Source: an uncultured Solirubrobacteraceae bacterium (GTDB lineage Bacteria > Actinomycetota > Thermoleophilia > Solirubrobacterales > Solirubrobacteraceae). From it: DNA of 64,000 nucleotides. Each line of letters starts with the position of its first letter. The first letter of the stretch is position 1. Below the pieces are notes generated by a model. The model worked only from the letters and a program-made list of their open reading frames with translations, had not been told where the DNA came from and made no database searches. Positions 1 to 8,569 of this stretch are shown in pieces. Where the stretch lies: positions 1 to 64,000 of the forward strand of contig CAZPQW010000008.1 of NCBI GenBank assembly GCA_964588985.1, given 5' to 3'. The translations under genes and the position numbers were made by a program.

Positions 1-35
1 CTGGCTGAACGCACGTAGTGCGTCAGCCGGGTAGG

Positions 36-73
36 ACAGGGGGCCCGTCGCGTTCACGCGGCGGGCCCCCTGT
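36..73 (+). terminator. GC-rich 17-bp stem-loop, probable terminator of an upstream transcript
   Basis: ACAGGGGGCCCGTCGCG-ttca-CGCGGCGGGCCCCCTGT; a second hairpin lies at 1-30; U-tract is weak. Confidence 0.5.
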
Positions 74-199
74 GCTCTTGAAGGAGTCACGCCGCTCCGC
101 CGGGGATAGAGACAATGTGTGAAATCGATTGAACACGCATGCCCCGCTGGATACAGTCGCCCGACGATTCAGTGGATAACGAGCGGAGGCTGTTCAAAG

Positions 200-760
200 A
201 TGAGACTGGGGTTGCGAAGGATGACCGGTGGACGACTGGCGCTGGGGGCGGTGGGGCTTGCCCTCGTGCTGTCCGGCTGCGGTGGCTCGAGCGTTGGGAC
301 GTCGACTCCAGGATCCACTCCCGCTGCCACGCTGCCCACGTTCGCGCTCGCGAGCCCGGTGCTGCCCAAGACGCATGTGCTTCCGAGCCATTACGCGTGC
401 AACCCGAAGATCGGCGTGCCTCCGCTGAAATGGGCAGCGTTGCCAGCCAACACAGCCGAACTGGCCCTCGTGGTCTTCTTCATACAGAGAGGGCAACCCG
501 AACCGCAGGCGGCACTGACTGGGTTGAAGCCGACACTCCGCGAACTGAAATCCGGCGTCATCCCGCATGGTGCGGTCATAGCCGCCAACAGCAAGGTGAT
601 CTGCCCCACGGCCGGAATTGTGGCGACCTACTTCATACGCGTGTACGCGCTCAAGGCTCCGGTCAAAGTGGCGCACGGGGCCAGCGTGGGCGCCGTCGTC
701 ACGGCGATCTCACCATTGGCCACCAGCGTCGGCTCGGTTGAAGTTCACTACAAGAGATAG
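200..760 (+). CDS. Lipoprotein, distant YbhB/YbcL (PEBP)-like
   Basis: Signal peptide with lipobox LSGC; LASP..LP..Y.C, PPLKW..LP..TAELALVV and Y.IRVYAL motifs; ATG at 200 preferred over the ORF-track start at 119. Confidence 0.6.
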   Translation: MRLGLRRMTGGRLALGAVGLALVLSGCGGSSVGTSTPGSTPAATLPTFALASPVLPKTHVLPSHYACNPKIGVPPLKWAALPANTAELALVVFFIQRGQPEPQAALTGLKPTLRELKSGVIPHGAVIAANSKVICPTAGIVATYFIRVYALKAPVKVAHGASVGAVVTAISPLATSVGSVEVHYKR

Positions 761-1843
761 TCAGCGCGTGGCGAGCTCGGCCGAGGGGTAGCTGGGGTCG
801 AGCACGTCGAAGACGGGGACGCCTGGGATCGCCTCCTGGATCAGGGACCTCAGCTGTGCGGAGTCGAAGCGGTGCGAGCCGGGTGCGACCGGGTTGACGG
901 TGACGGCCGCGAGCGCGATTCGATTGAGGACCTGGATACGCACCCCCTGGCGGCGGTACCAGGCCGGCCCTCGTTTGGCGAGGAACACCCTCGTGGGGTC
1001 GGCTACGACGACGTCGATCTCGCGACCGCGTCGAGCGGTGGCCTGCAGCAGGTCGCGCAGGAAGCGGTCGGGCAGCGCCCCCGAGACGATCAACGTATTC
1101 GCGGTTGGGTGGGCGTCGAGCCGTTCGGCTATCTCGCCGGCGTCCGCGCGAAGCGCGAATCGGGGCGGCAGCTCCACCGGCTCGCCGCGATCGCCCACGA
1201 GCAGGCTCAACGTCCCGTCGCGAGCGGCGGAGAGCTCTCGCAGGGATGGGCCGCTGTCGCGGCTCTCCTCGACGCTCGGCAGGCGGACGAGGTCGACGGC
1301 ATCCCGGGTCTGTAAGACGACGTCGTCGAGGTCCTCGCCGAGAACCGCGCCGGTCGATATCACCAGTTGGTCGGCGACCGCGGGCGAGGAGGCCGCGCGG
1401 CGGTCTATGGCTCCGTCGATCAGCACCTGCTCGGCGCCGAACGCGAGCATCGCGTCACAGACGGCGCGCACGTCCTCGGCGGCGCTCGGCCCAGCCACCT
1501 CGATCGCGCCGGGACCGCGCAGGCGCGCGATCAGCACCCGCCCGAGCGGCGTCCTGATCGCGGTCTCTTCGAGGAGCTCGTGCGGCAGTGCGCTCGCCCG
1601 CAGCAGGGAGTCCGTGGTCGCCACGAGGCTGCCGCCCGGCATCTCGATACGCGGCTTCTCGATGCGGAAGTCGATCACGTCGCGCTCCTCGCCGTCGCGC
1701 CCGACTGACGTGACTCCCACGTGACGGCCGTCGGCTTCGAGCTCTCGCAGCAGCGTGCCGAGCGCGACGGTCTTGCCGGTGTTCTTCGCGAGCCCGACCA
1801 GCGCGAGCCGTCGCGCCGAGGAGGTCAGCTCGGAGAGGAGCAC
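761..1843 (-). CDS. kamB: Lysine 5,6-aminomutase reactivase subunit KamB-like
   Basis: LALVGLAKNTGKT P-loop, GVTSVGRDGE..D....EKPRI, TPLGRV, LIDGAIDRRAASSP; GTG at 1843 overlaps the kamE 3' end. Confidence 0.8.
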   Translation of the reverse strand: MLLSELTSSARRLALVGLAKNTGKTVALGTLLRELEADGRHVGVTSVGRDGEERDVIDFRIEKPRIEMPGGSLVATTDSLLRASALPHELLEETAIRTPLGRVLIARLRGPGAIEVAGPSAAEDVRAVCDAMLAFGAEQVLIDGAIDRRAASSPAVADQLVISTGAVLGEDLDDVVLQTRDAVDLVRLPSVEESRDSGPSLRELSAARDGTLSLLVGDRGEPVELPPRFALRADAGEIAERLDAHPTANTLIVSGALPDRFLRDLLQATARRGREIDVVVADPTRVFLAKRGPAWYRRQGVRIQVLNRIALAAVTVNPVAPGSHRFDSAQLRSLIQEAIPGVPVFDVLDPSYPSAELATR

Positions 1844-2610
1844 TCGGACACCCGCGCAGCTGTGCTGACGCGGTCGGCGAGCTCTCGCACGAGGAACGTC
1901 GCCAGGTGGTTGGGATAGGTGCCTTTGGAGAAGCCCGCGTCGTAGCCGAGCTCCTTGGCCAGCTCGTTCGACACGCGCGGCCCTCCGCACGCGAGGATCA
2001 TCTGCCGTCGGCGCCCCTCCGCCTCGACCATCTCCACGAGCTCGGTGAGGTTGTGCACGTGCAGGTTCTGCTGGGTGACGGTCTGGGAGACGAGGATCGC
2101 GTCGGCCCCCACTTCGATCGCCTTCGCGACGAGCACGCTGTTGGGGACCTGGCTGCCGAGGTTGTAGGTCTCGAAGCACGGGTAGCCCTCGAGGCCGTGG
2201 CGGCTGTGGTAGCCCTTGAGGTTGAGCATCGCGTCGATCCCCACGCTGTGGGTGTCCGAGCCGGTGCTCGCGCCCACGACCACGATCTTGCGCCCCACGT
2301 GCTCCTCGGCGAAGCGCTCGACCTCGTCCTCGCTCATGTACTCGATGTCGAAGCCCTCGCCCTGCAGCGCGGTGAAGTCCACCGTCTGCGCGCAGCGCCC
2401 GTACATCACGAAGTACGTGTAGCCCTCGGTGAGGGACTCGTAGTGGACGACCTCCGGCTCCTCGAAGCCCATCTTGCCCGCGAGCTCGAGCGCCGCCTTG
2501 CGCGCCGCCAGCGAGTGGGGGACGGGCAGGGTGAAGCTCATCTGCACGAGGCCGTCGCCGAGATGGTCGGCGTACGGCTTCACGGTTGTGAGATCGATGG
2601 CCTTAGGCAT
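1825..2610 (-). CDS. kamE: Lysine 5,6-aminomutase beta subunit (B12- and PLP-binding)
   Basis: VKPYAD..GDG.VQMSFTLP dimerisation domain; B12 motif DTHSVG followed by the PLP lysine in NLKGY; ADAILVSQTVTQ; GGPR. Confidence 0.93.
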   Translation of the reverse strand: MPKAIDLTTVKPYADHLGDGLVQMSFTLPVPHSLAARKAALELAGKMGFEEPEVVHYESLTEGYTYFVMYGRCAQTVDFTALQGEGFDIEYMSEDEVERFAEEHVGRKIVVVGASTGSDTHSVGIDAMLNLKGYHSRHGLEGYPCFETYNLGSQVPNSVLVAKAIEVGADAILVSQTVTQQNLHVHNLTELVEMVEAEGRRRQMILACGGPRVSNELAKELGYDAGFSKGTYPNHLATFLVRELADRVSTAARVSECSSPS

Positions 2611-4189
2611 AGCTCGCCTCGTCCGCGACCGCTGGGCGCATCAGCTCCACGACCGGGTTGAAGTAGCCGGGCTCCACGGTGACGATCCCCTCAATCCCTC
2701 GACCCTCCTCGACGCCGCGGCTGACGTCGCCGAAGGTCGCGTCCTCGATCGCCTGGAACAGGCCTGTCTCGGCGATCCGCTCGAGCAACTCGCGCGCGCC
2801 GGCGAGCACCTCGTGGGCGCGCGTCTGGATGATGCCACCGCGCTTGAACTCGATCTCATCGCCGAGGTCGTGGGCGGCGTTGAACACGTACTCCACGTTC
2901 TGCAGGCCGAGCACGCGGTCGTGGATGTGGGGAGTGAAGATCCCCTCGGTGGGCACGCCGATCGTCTGGATGCCCTGCCCGGTTGCGATCGTCACGAGGT
3001 TGAACAGGGCGTCGGTGGCGTGCGTGCGGAACAGGTTGCCGTCCATGTGTCTGGTGGGGGGCATGTACTTCACTGGGCAGTCGGGGAACAGCTCGCGAGT
3101 GAGCTGCGCCTGCGCCCACTCGTACAGCAGCCCGTTGCGCACCGGGGTGTCGATCTCGAACGCGTCGCCGAGCCCGATCTGCGCGTCGGGCACTCCGGAG
3201 TCGCGCGCGAGCTCGTGGTTGATGAACTGCGACGCGGTCACCGACGGCGCCGCCTCGATCGCGTCGGCGGTGCGCAGGTAGTTGTCCTCGCCCGTGTTGA
3301 TCACCACGCCGAAGTAACCGTTGATCATGCGCGAGACGCGCTGGTCGATCAGGCCGCGGATGATGTTGATGTCGCGGTAGAGGATCCCGTAGAGGGCGTC
3401 GTTGACCATGTTGTCGAAGCCCTCCCACGCGCCCATCGCCGCGATCTCCGACATGCACAGTCCCGAGCAGAAGCTCGACAGGCGGATGTAGCGCCCGTGC
3501 TGCTCGGACCACTCGTCCATCGCCTCGCGCATGATGCGGAAGTTCGCCTGCGTGGCGAACGTGCCGCCGTAGCCCTCCGTGGTGGGGCCGTAGGGGACGT
3601 AGTCGAGCAGGCTCTGGGCGGTCGAGCGGATCACCGCGACGATGTCCCCGCCCGCCTGCGCCACCGCCTTCGCGTGCACCACGTCCTCGTACACGTCGCC
3701 CGTCGCGGTGAGCACGTAGCGCAGGGGAGCGTGACCGTCGCCGAGGCGCTCGCGCATCTCGCGACGGGTCTCGAAGCGGGCGGCGATCTCGCGCAGGCGC
3801 GCGCCGCACTCCTCGCTCACGCGCTCGTGGATCGCGGGCTCCTCTGCCATCTCCAGCGCACACAGGTCGAGCTCCGCCGCGCTTACCGCCTCCGCGATCT
3901 GCTGTGGGCCGCGGCCGGTTTGGATCATCGCGTTGCCCAGCCAGTGCGCGATCCCCTTGCCAAGCACGCCGCGGTCCTGGACGTGATCGACGAGCACGTT
4001 CGGCAGCGGCACGTCGAGATCGTTCGCGCCGTCCACGCCGAGCAGGCGTGTGACGCTGCGCTCGACCGACAGGGTCGTGCGCCCCTCCGTCCGCTCCGCG
4101 ACCTGCTCGGCGATCCGCGTGGCCGCCTGGCGGCAGGCCGCCACCACGCCGGGGTCGAGATCGAGCTTGGGGGCGCCCACCTGGCTCAC
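2603..4189 (-). CDS. kamD: Lysine 5,6-aminomutase alpha subunit
   Basis: TTLSVERSVTRLLGVDG, VAVIRSTAQSLLDYVPYG.TTEGYGGTFATQ.NFR, NDALYGILYRDIN, INTGEDNYL, KYMPPT; GTG at 4189 overlaps the upstream TGA (GTGA). Confidence 0.93.
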   Translation of the reverse strand: MSQVGAPKLDLDPGVVAACRQAATRIAEQVAERTEGRTTLSVERSVTRLLGVDGANDLDVPLPNVLVDHVQDRGVLGKGIAHWLGNAMIQTGRGPQQIAEAVSAAELDLCALEMAEEPAIHERVSEECGARLREIAARFETRREMRERLGDGHAPLRYVLTATGDVYEDVVHAKAVAQAGGDIVAVIRSTAQSLLDYVPYGPTTEGYGGTFATQANFRIMREAMDEWSEQHGRYIRLSSFCSGLCMSEIAAMGAWEGFDNMVNDALYGILYRDINIIRGLIDQRVSRMINGYFGVVINTGEDNYLRTADAIEAAPSVTASQFINHELARDSGVPDAQIGLGDAFEIDTPVRNGLLYEWAQAQLTRELFPDCPVKYMPPTRHMDGNLFRTHATDALFNLVTIATGQGIQTIGVPTEGIFTPHIHDRVLGLQNVEYVFNAAHDLGDEIEFKRGGIIQTRAHEVLAGARELLERIAETGLFQAIEDATFGDVSRGVEEGRGIEGIVTVEPGYFNPVVELMRPAVADEASYA

Positions 4190-5835
4190 TGCAGATCTCT
4201 CACGATCGGGAACGGGATCACCTCGCGCAGCGTGTCGCGTTCGGTGAGGATCATCACGAGACGGTCCACGCCCATGCCGCCGCCGGCGGTGGGCGAGTAG
4301 CCGTACTCGATCGCGCGCGCGTATTCCTCGTCGTTGGGGTGCGGCACGTCCGCGTCGTCGATCATGCGCCGCTTGCGCTGGTCGACGAACCGCTGCCACT
4401 GGTCGACGGGGTCGTTCAGCTCGGTGTCGCCGCTCACGAGCTCGATGCCGCCGATCACCGCATCGAAGTGCTCGCCCAGCTCGGGGTGGACCGCATGGCG
4501 CTTGGTGATCGGGAACGGCTCGAGCGGGAAGTCGAACACGTGCGTCGGCTGGTTGATCGTGCTCTCGATCTGCTCCGAGTAGATGTCCGCGACGACCTCC
4601 GCCCACGTGGCGGCGGGGTCCATCGGCTCGTCCAGCACCTCGGCGAGCTGCTCGCGTGTGGACTCCATGAAGTCGAGGCCGAAGCGCTCCAGGATCAGCT
4701 CGCGCATCGTGACCCTCCGCCAGGGCTTGGCGAGGTCGATCTCCTCGCCGTTTCGTTTGATCGTCGTGCGTCCGAGCGCCTTCTGTGCGACGTCGCGGAA
4801 CATCTCTTCGGTCACGGTCGCCACGTCGTTGTAGTCGGAGTACGCGCACATGAACTCGATGATCGTGAACTCGGGGCTGTGCTTGTGCGAGATCCCCTCG
4901 TTGCGGAACACCTTGCCCATGTCGTACACGTTCTCCATGCCGCCCACGATGCAGCGGTTGAGGAACAGCTCCACGGAGATGCGCAGGTAGAGGTCGCGGT
5001 CGAGCGCGTTGTGGTGCGTCGTGAACGGTCTCGACCCGGCGCCGCCCGCGAGCGACTGCAGAGCGGGCGTTTCGATCTCCACGAAGTTCCGCTCTGCGAG
5101 CCATTCGCGGATCGCCAGGATGATCTTGTTGCGAGTGACGAACAGCTCACGCGTGCTCTCGTTGGCCATCAGGTCCAGCTCGCGGTACCGGTATCGCGTC
5201 CCCGTGTCGCCGAGCCCGTGGTGCTTGTCCGGCGGCGGGCGCAGCGTCTTGGTCAGCAGCGTGCACTCGACCGCCTCCAGGGCGAGCTGGCCGCGCTGGG
5301 TCACGTACACGCAGCCGTCGACGCTCACGATGTCTCCGATGTCGAGGTTCAGGATCCGGTCGTAGGTCTCCTGCCCCAGCGAGTCGACGCGAAGCACGAT
5401 CTGGATCGAGCCCGACAGGTCGCGCAGGTCCAGGAACGCTGTCTTGCCGTGGCCGCGACGCGAGATCAACCGACCCGCGACGAGGTAGCGCATGTCGGCG
5501 TGGCTGCCGTGCTCCAGCGCGCTCGGGTCGTGCGCCGCGAGCACGTCGGCGATGCGCGTGCGTGTCGCCCACAGGCTGACAGCCGGGTAGGGCTCGATCC
5601 CTTCGGCGCGCAGCCGCTCCATCTTCGCACGACGTTCGTCGAATTCCCCCTCCGGGGACGATGCGACCGCGCCGCCGTCCGCGCCGTCGACAACGACCGC
5701 GTCGGCAGTCGACTCGTCGCCCTGCTCCATCTCCTCCTGATCCTGTACTGGCATATCGAAGACGATCCTCTCAGCTGGGACGTGCTTGTCAAGCGGTCGC
5801 GCGGCGGTTTCCACGGACACGTTAGCGTTGGCCAT
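4186..5835 (-). CDS. lysS: Class IIb lysyl-tRNA synthetase homologue, divergent and probably a paralogue
   Basis: OB anticodon domain (RGHGKTAFLDLRD.SG.IQ), EIETP, FRNEG..H.PEFT, ELNDP, G.G.DRL.M..T....REVI.FP; several canonical residues substituted; start could instead be 5754 or 5730. Confidence 0.85.
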   Translation of the reverse strand: MANANVSVETAARPLDKHVPAERIVFDMPVQDQEEMEQGDESTADAVVVDGADGGAVASSPEGEFDERRAKMERLRAEGIEPYPAVSLWATRTRIADVLAAHDPSALEHGSHADMRYLVAGRLISRRGHGKTAFLDLRDLSGSIQIVLRVDSLGQETYDRILNLDIGDIVSVDGCVYVTQRGQLALEAVECTLLTKTLRPPPDKHHGLGDTGTRYRYRELDLMANESTRELFVTRNKIILAIREWLAERNFVEIETPALQSLAGGAGSRPFTTHHNALDRDLYLRISVELFLNRCIVGGMENVYDMGKVFRNEGISHKHSPEFTIIEFMCAYSDYNDVATVTEEMFRDVAQKALGRTTIKRNGEEIDLAKPWRRVTMRELILERFGLDFMESTREQLAEVLDEPMDPAATWAEVVADIYSEQIESTINQPTHVFDFPLEPFPITKRHAVHPELGEHFDAVIGGIELVSGDTELNDPVDQWQRFVDQRKRRMIDDADVPHPNDEEYARAIEYGYSPTAGGGMGVDRLVMILTERDTLREVIPFPIVRDLQ

Positions 5836-5896
5836 GGGTCGCCCGACGTCACGATGCCGGGGCGAACGCGCGCGGGCACGGCGGAGCGGGCGAGCG

Positions 5897-6370
5897 TCAG
5901 TTGGGCCGACCGCAGTGCTGGAAGCCGTCGTGGGTGGCGATCGCGATCAGCTGCTTCTGGAGTTCGTGGCTCTTGGCGATCGTTTCTTCGCCTAGCTTCG
6001 CGTTCTTCGCTTTCGCCTCGACGGCCAGCTGCGCGGTGTAGTTGGCCAGCTGCTGCATGCCCGACAAGAGCGTCTGCCAGTCCTTCGACAGTGAGGAGGG
6101 CGCTTTCAACGCGCTCAGATCGGCGACGACCTGATGCTCGTACGTCGCGAGACCGAGCCCGGTTTGGGCAACCTTCTGCAGCGTGTGCGCACCGCGCAGA
6201 TTCGTCACGTGCCCGAGGGCCGCGTTGGCGGCCGCGACGCGCGCGTTCATCTGCTTGCAGATCGGGTCCGCCTGCGCGATCAGCTTGGCGTTTGGGCTGC
6301 TGCCGCTGCCGCCGCCGCAGCCGGCGAACAGCGCGGCAAGGATGACGAGATACGAGAGCCTGCGTGCCAT
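5897..6370 (-). CDS. Helical lipoprotein of unknown function
   Basis: Lipobox FAGC; AQADPIC and a C-terminal GFQHC Cys pair; GGAG upstream. Confidence 0.75.
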   Translation of the reverse strand: MARRLSYLVILAALFAGCGGGSGSSPNAKLIAQADPICKQMNARVAAANAALGHVTNLRGAHTLQKVAQTGLGLATYEHQVVADLSALKAPSSLSKDWQTLLSGMQQLANYTAQLAVEAKAKNAKLGEETIAKSHELQKQLIAIATHDGFQHCGRPN

Positions 6371-6496
6371 GAGGACCGACGATCTCCTGCTTCACGGGGA
6401 CGATTGACGGCGCGACCCTATTGCCTGGGTTTCTCCAAAGCCAGCGATTGAGCCGATTGTCTCGGACTCTTCGATCGTCTGATCGGGGCGTGCGGG

Positions 6497-7654
6497 TCAG
6501 GCCATCGGCAGCGACATGCCCACCGGCTTGCGGCTCTCGGCCGGCGCGGAGGGTGTCGGCGCAACCTCGACGAGGGGCAGCGTCGGCAGCTGCGGGGGCG
6601 CCATCGCGATCAGTCCTCTCGCGACCTGGCGAATCGCCTGCGAGGCAGGGTCGTCGGGGTCCTCGATCACGAGCGGCACGCCGTTGTCGGCCTGCTCGCG
6701 CAGCGGCATCGTCAGCGGCACCTTGCCGAGCAGCGGCACGTCGAGCTCGTCCGCCAGTTCTTGGCCGCCGCCCTCGCCGAAGATCGTGAAGCGCTCGCCC
6801 GCGGGTGTGGTGAAGCTGGACATGTTCTCGATCACGCCGCCGATCTCGAGTGAGACCTTGGCTGCCATCTGCGCCGAGCGGCGGGCGACTTTCTGCGCGG
6901 TCGCCTGGGGCGTCGTGACGATCATGAACTGGGCTTGCGGCAGCAGCTGCGCGAGCGTCATCGACACGTCGCCAGTGCCCGGAGGCAGGTCCACAAGGAG
7001 GTAGTCGAGGAAGCCCCAGTCGACGTCCTGCAGGAACTGCGTGAGCGCCTTGTGCAGCATCGGTCCGCGCCACACCACCGCCGCGTCCTCCTCCACGAAG
7101 AAGCCGATCGACATCACCTTCACGCCATGGGACTCGAGCGGGATGATCTTGCGCGCCGCCGACACGTCCGGGCGCGTCGCGCCGAGCCCGTACATGCGCG
7201 GGATCGAGTAGCCCCACACGTCCGCGTCGAGGATCCCCACGCGCTTGCCTTCGCCCGTGAGCGCCGCGGCGAGGTTGGCGGTCAGCGTGGACTTGCCCAC
7301 GCCGCCCTTGCCCGAGCCGATGCACAGCACGTTGGCCACCTGGGCCAGCGCGCCGGCGGGCAGGCTCGCGCGGCCGAGCTTCTGCTGCAGGGCGCTCTTC
7401 TGCTCGTCGCTGAGCACGTCGAAGTACACGTTCACGTGCGTCACGCCCTCCAGCGCGCCCACCGCGTCCGCCACGGACGTCTGGAAGTGGCCCTTGATCG
7501 GGCAGCCTGGCGTCGTCAGCGAGACGGTCACGTCGACCACCCCGTTGGGGCTCGGCTCGATCGAGCGGACCATGTCGAGCTCGACGATCGAGCGATGCAG
7601 CTCCGGGTCGATCACGACCTCGAGCGCTTTGAGAATCTCATCCTTGCCGACCAC
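6497..7654 (-). CDS. mrp: Mrp/NBP35 (ApbC) Fe-S cluster carrier ATPase with N-terminal DUF59 domain
   Basis: VIDPEL..SIVEL, LTTPGCP, GSGKGGVGKST, WRGPMLHKAL.QF, DLPPGTGD, ENMS. Confidence 0.92.
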   Translation of the reverse strand: MVGKDEILKALEVVIDPELHRSIVELDMVRSIEPSPNGVVDVTVSLTTPGCPIKGHFQTSVADAVGALEGVTHVNVYFDVLSDEQKSALQQKLGRASLPAGALAQVANVLCIGSGKGGVGKSTLTANLAAALTGEGKRVGILDADVWGYSIPRMYGLGATRPDVSAARKIIPLESHGVKVMSIGFFVEEDAAVVWRGPMLHKALTQFLQDVDWGFLDYLLVDLPPGTGDVSMTLAQLLPQAQFMIVTTPQATAQKVARRSAQMAAKVSLEIGGVIENMSSFTTPAGERFTIFGEGGGQELADELDVPLLGKVPLTMPLREQADNGVPLVIEDPDDPASQAIRQVARGLIAMAPPQLPTLPLVEVAPTPSAPAESRKPVGMSLPMA

Positions 7655-7836
7655 GAGGGCTCATTGTGACAAACGCTGGCGGGCAGCCCGTGGCGAGTGT
7701 CGTTAAAGCGATCCGCGGGCGGTGGGGGCCGCCCGCGGATCGAGGGAGGAGAGGGTGCTACTACTGCCGACGGGATATGAGGTCGGCAGACTTTCCGCTT
7801 CCGGCCTCTCCGAGCCGGGCGGGGAAGGTGGTCGGT

Positions 7837-8427
7837 CTAGACGAGGCTGAGGATGCGCTCCTGGACCTTGGTCGCGAGCTCGGGCACGCGACCCGCGTAC
7901 TCGGGAACCTTGTTCGCGAGCTCGCTGCTGTTCTTCGCGATCGCTTCGCGTCTGGCGTCGATGTCGCTGACCGCGCTCTCCACCACACGGCGACGCTGGC
8001 GCAGTTCGCGCTCGACGCGGACGCGGGCTTTGCGGACCTCGCGCTCGAGGCGGTTGCGGGCCGTCACGCCACGACGCTCGAAGCGACGCAGCTGCGCCTG
8101 GGCCTTCGTGCTGGAGGAGTACGTGGACACGGTGTCGCTGACGGTCTCGACCACCCGGTCGCGAGCGATCAGGGCCGCGCCGACGGGGATCAGCACGGCG
8201 CGCTCGGCGTAGTCGCCGACCACGCCGGCGGTCTCGCGTGTGGCGGTCTGCGTCTGGCGCAGAGCCGACTCGGCCTGGTGAGCCGCACGGGTGCGTGCGC
8301 CCTTGGCGTGGGTGGCTTTAGCCTTCGTGGTGCCGCTGGCTGCGCGGGCTTTGGCGACGGCGGGTTTGCTCGCTGCTTTTGCGCGAGGTTTGGCGGCTTT
8401 GGGGGAAGTTGCGGGGGCGGTGGGCAT
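7837..8427 (-). CDS. Hypothetical protein with Lys/Ala-rich N-terminus and helical (phasin/HBHA-like) body
   Basis: AGGAG RBS upstream; AERAVLIPVGAAL.ARD segment; GC-ending codon usage. Confidence 0.7.
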   Translation of the reverse strand: MPTAPATSPKAAKPRAKAASKPAVAKARAASGTTKAKATHAKGARTRAAHQAESALRQTQTATRETAGVVGDYAERAVLIPVGAALIARDRVVETVSDTVSTYSSSTKAQAQLRRFERRGVTARNRLEREVRKARVRVERELRQRRRVVESAVSDIDARREAIAKNSSELANKVPEYAGRVPELATKVQERILSLV

Positions 8428-8476
8428 CTGAAGCTCCTATCTCTGTCTCGCCGGGTGCGAGAACACGGGTAAGTGG

Positions 8477-8492
8477 TCGAACACCTGTTTGT
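8477..8492. promoter_or_regulatory. Possible LexA (SOS)-like box
   Basis: TCGAAC-acct-GTTTGT versus actinobacterial consensus TCGAAC-N4-GTTCGA (10/12), upstream of 7837..8427. Confidence 0.35.
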
Positions 8493-8569
8493 AACCCGTG
8501 TGGAGAAGATCGTTACAGCTTGATCGTAGCACCGCGTGAAAACCCTGTAACCAGGGGCTCTGCGCTCGG

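Noticed and set aside
1-73. 3' end of a structured ncRNA
   Set aside because: Two hairpins at the window edge with no recognisable family motif; kept only as a probable terminator.
4186-5835. Calling the synthetase EpmA/GenX or LysX/MprF
   Set aside because: It retains the anticodon OB domain, has no membrane domain, and no efp or kamA/epmB gene is adjacent.
2474-6345. Long plus-strand ORFs 2474..4300 and 4339..6345, and similar antisense ORFs elsewhere
   Set aside because: Shadow frames of high-GC genes on the opposite strand with no recognisable motifs.
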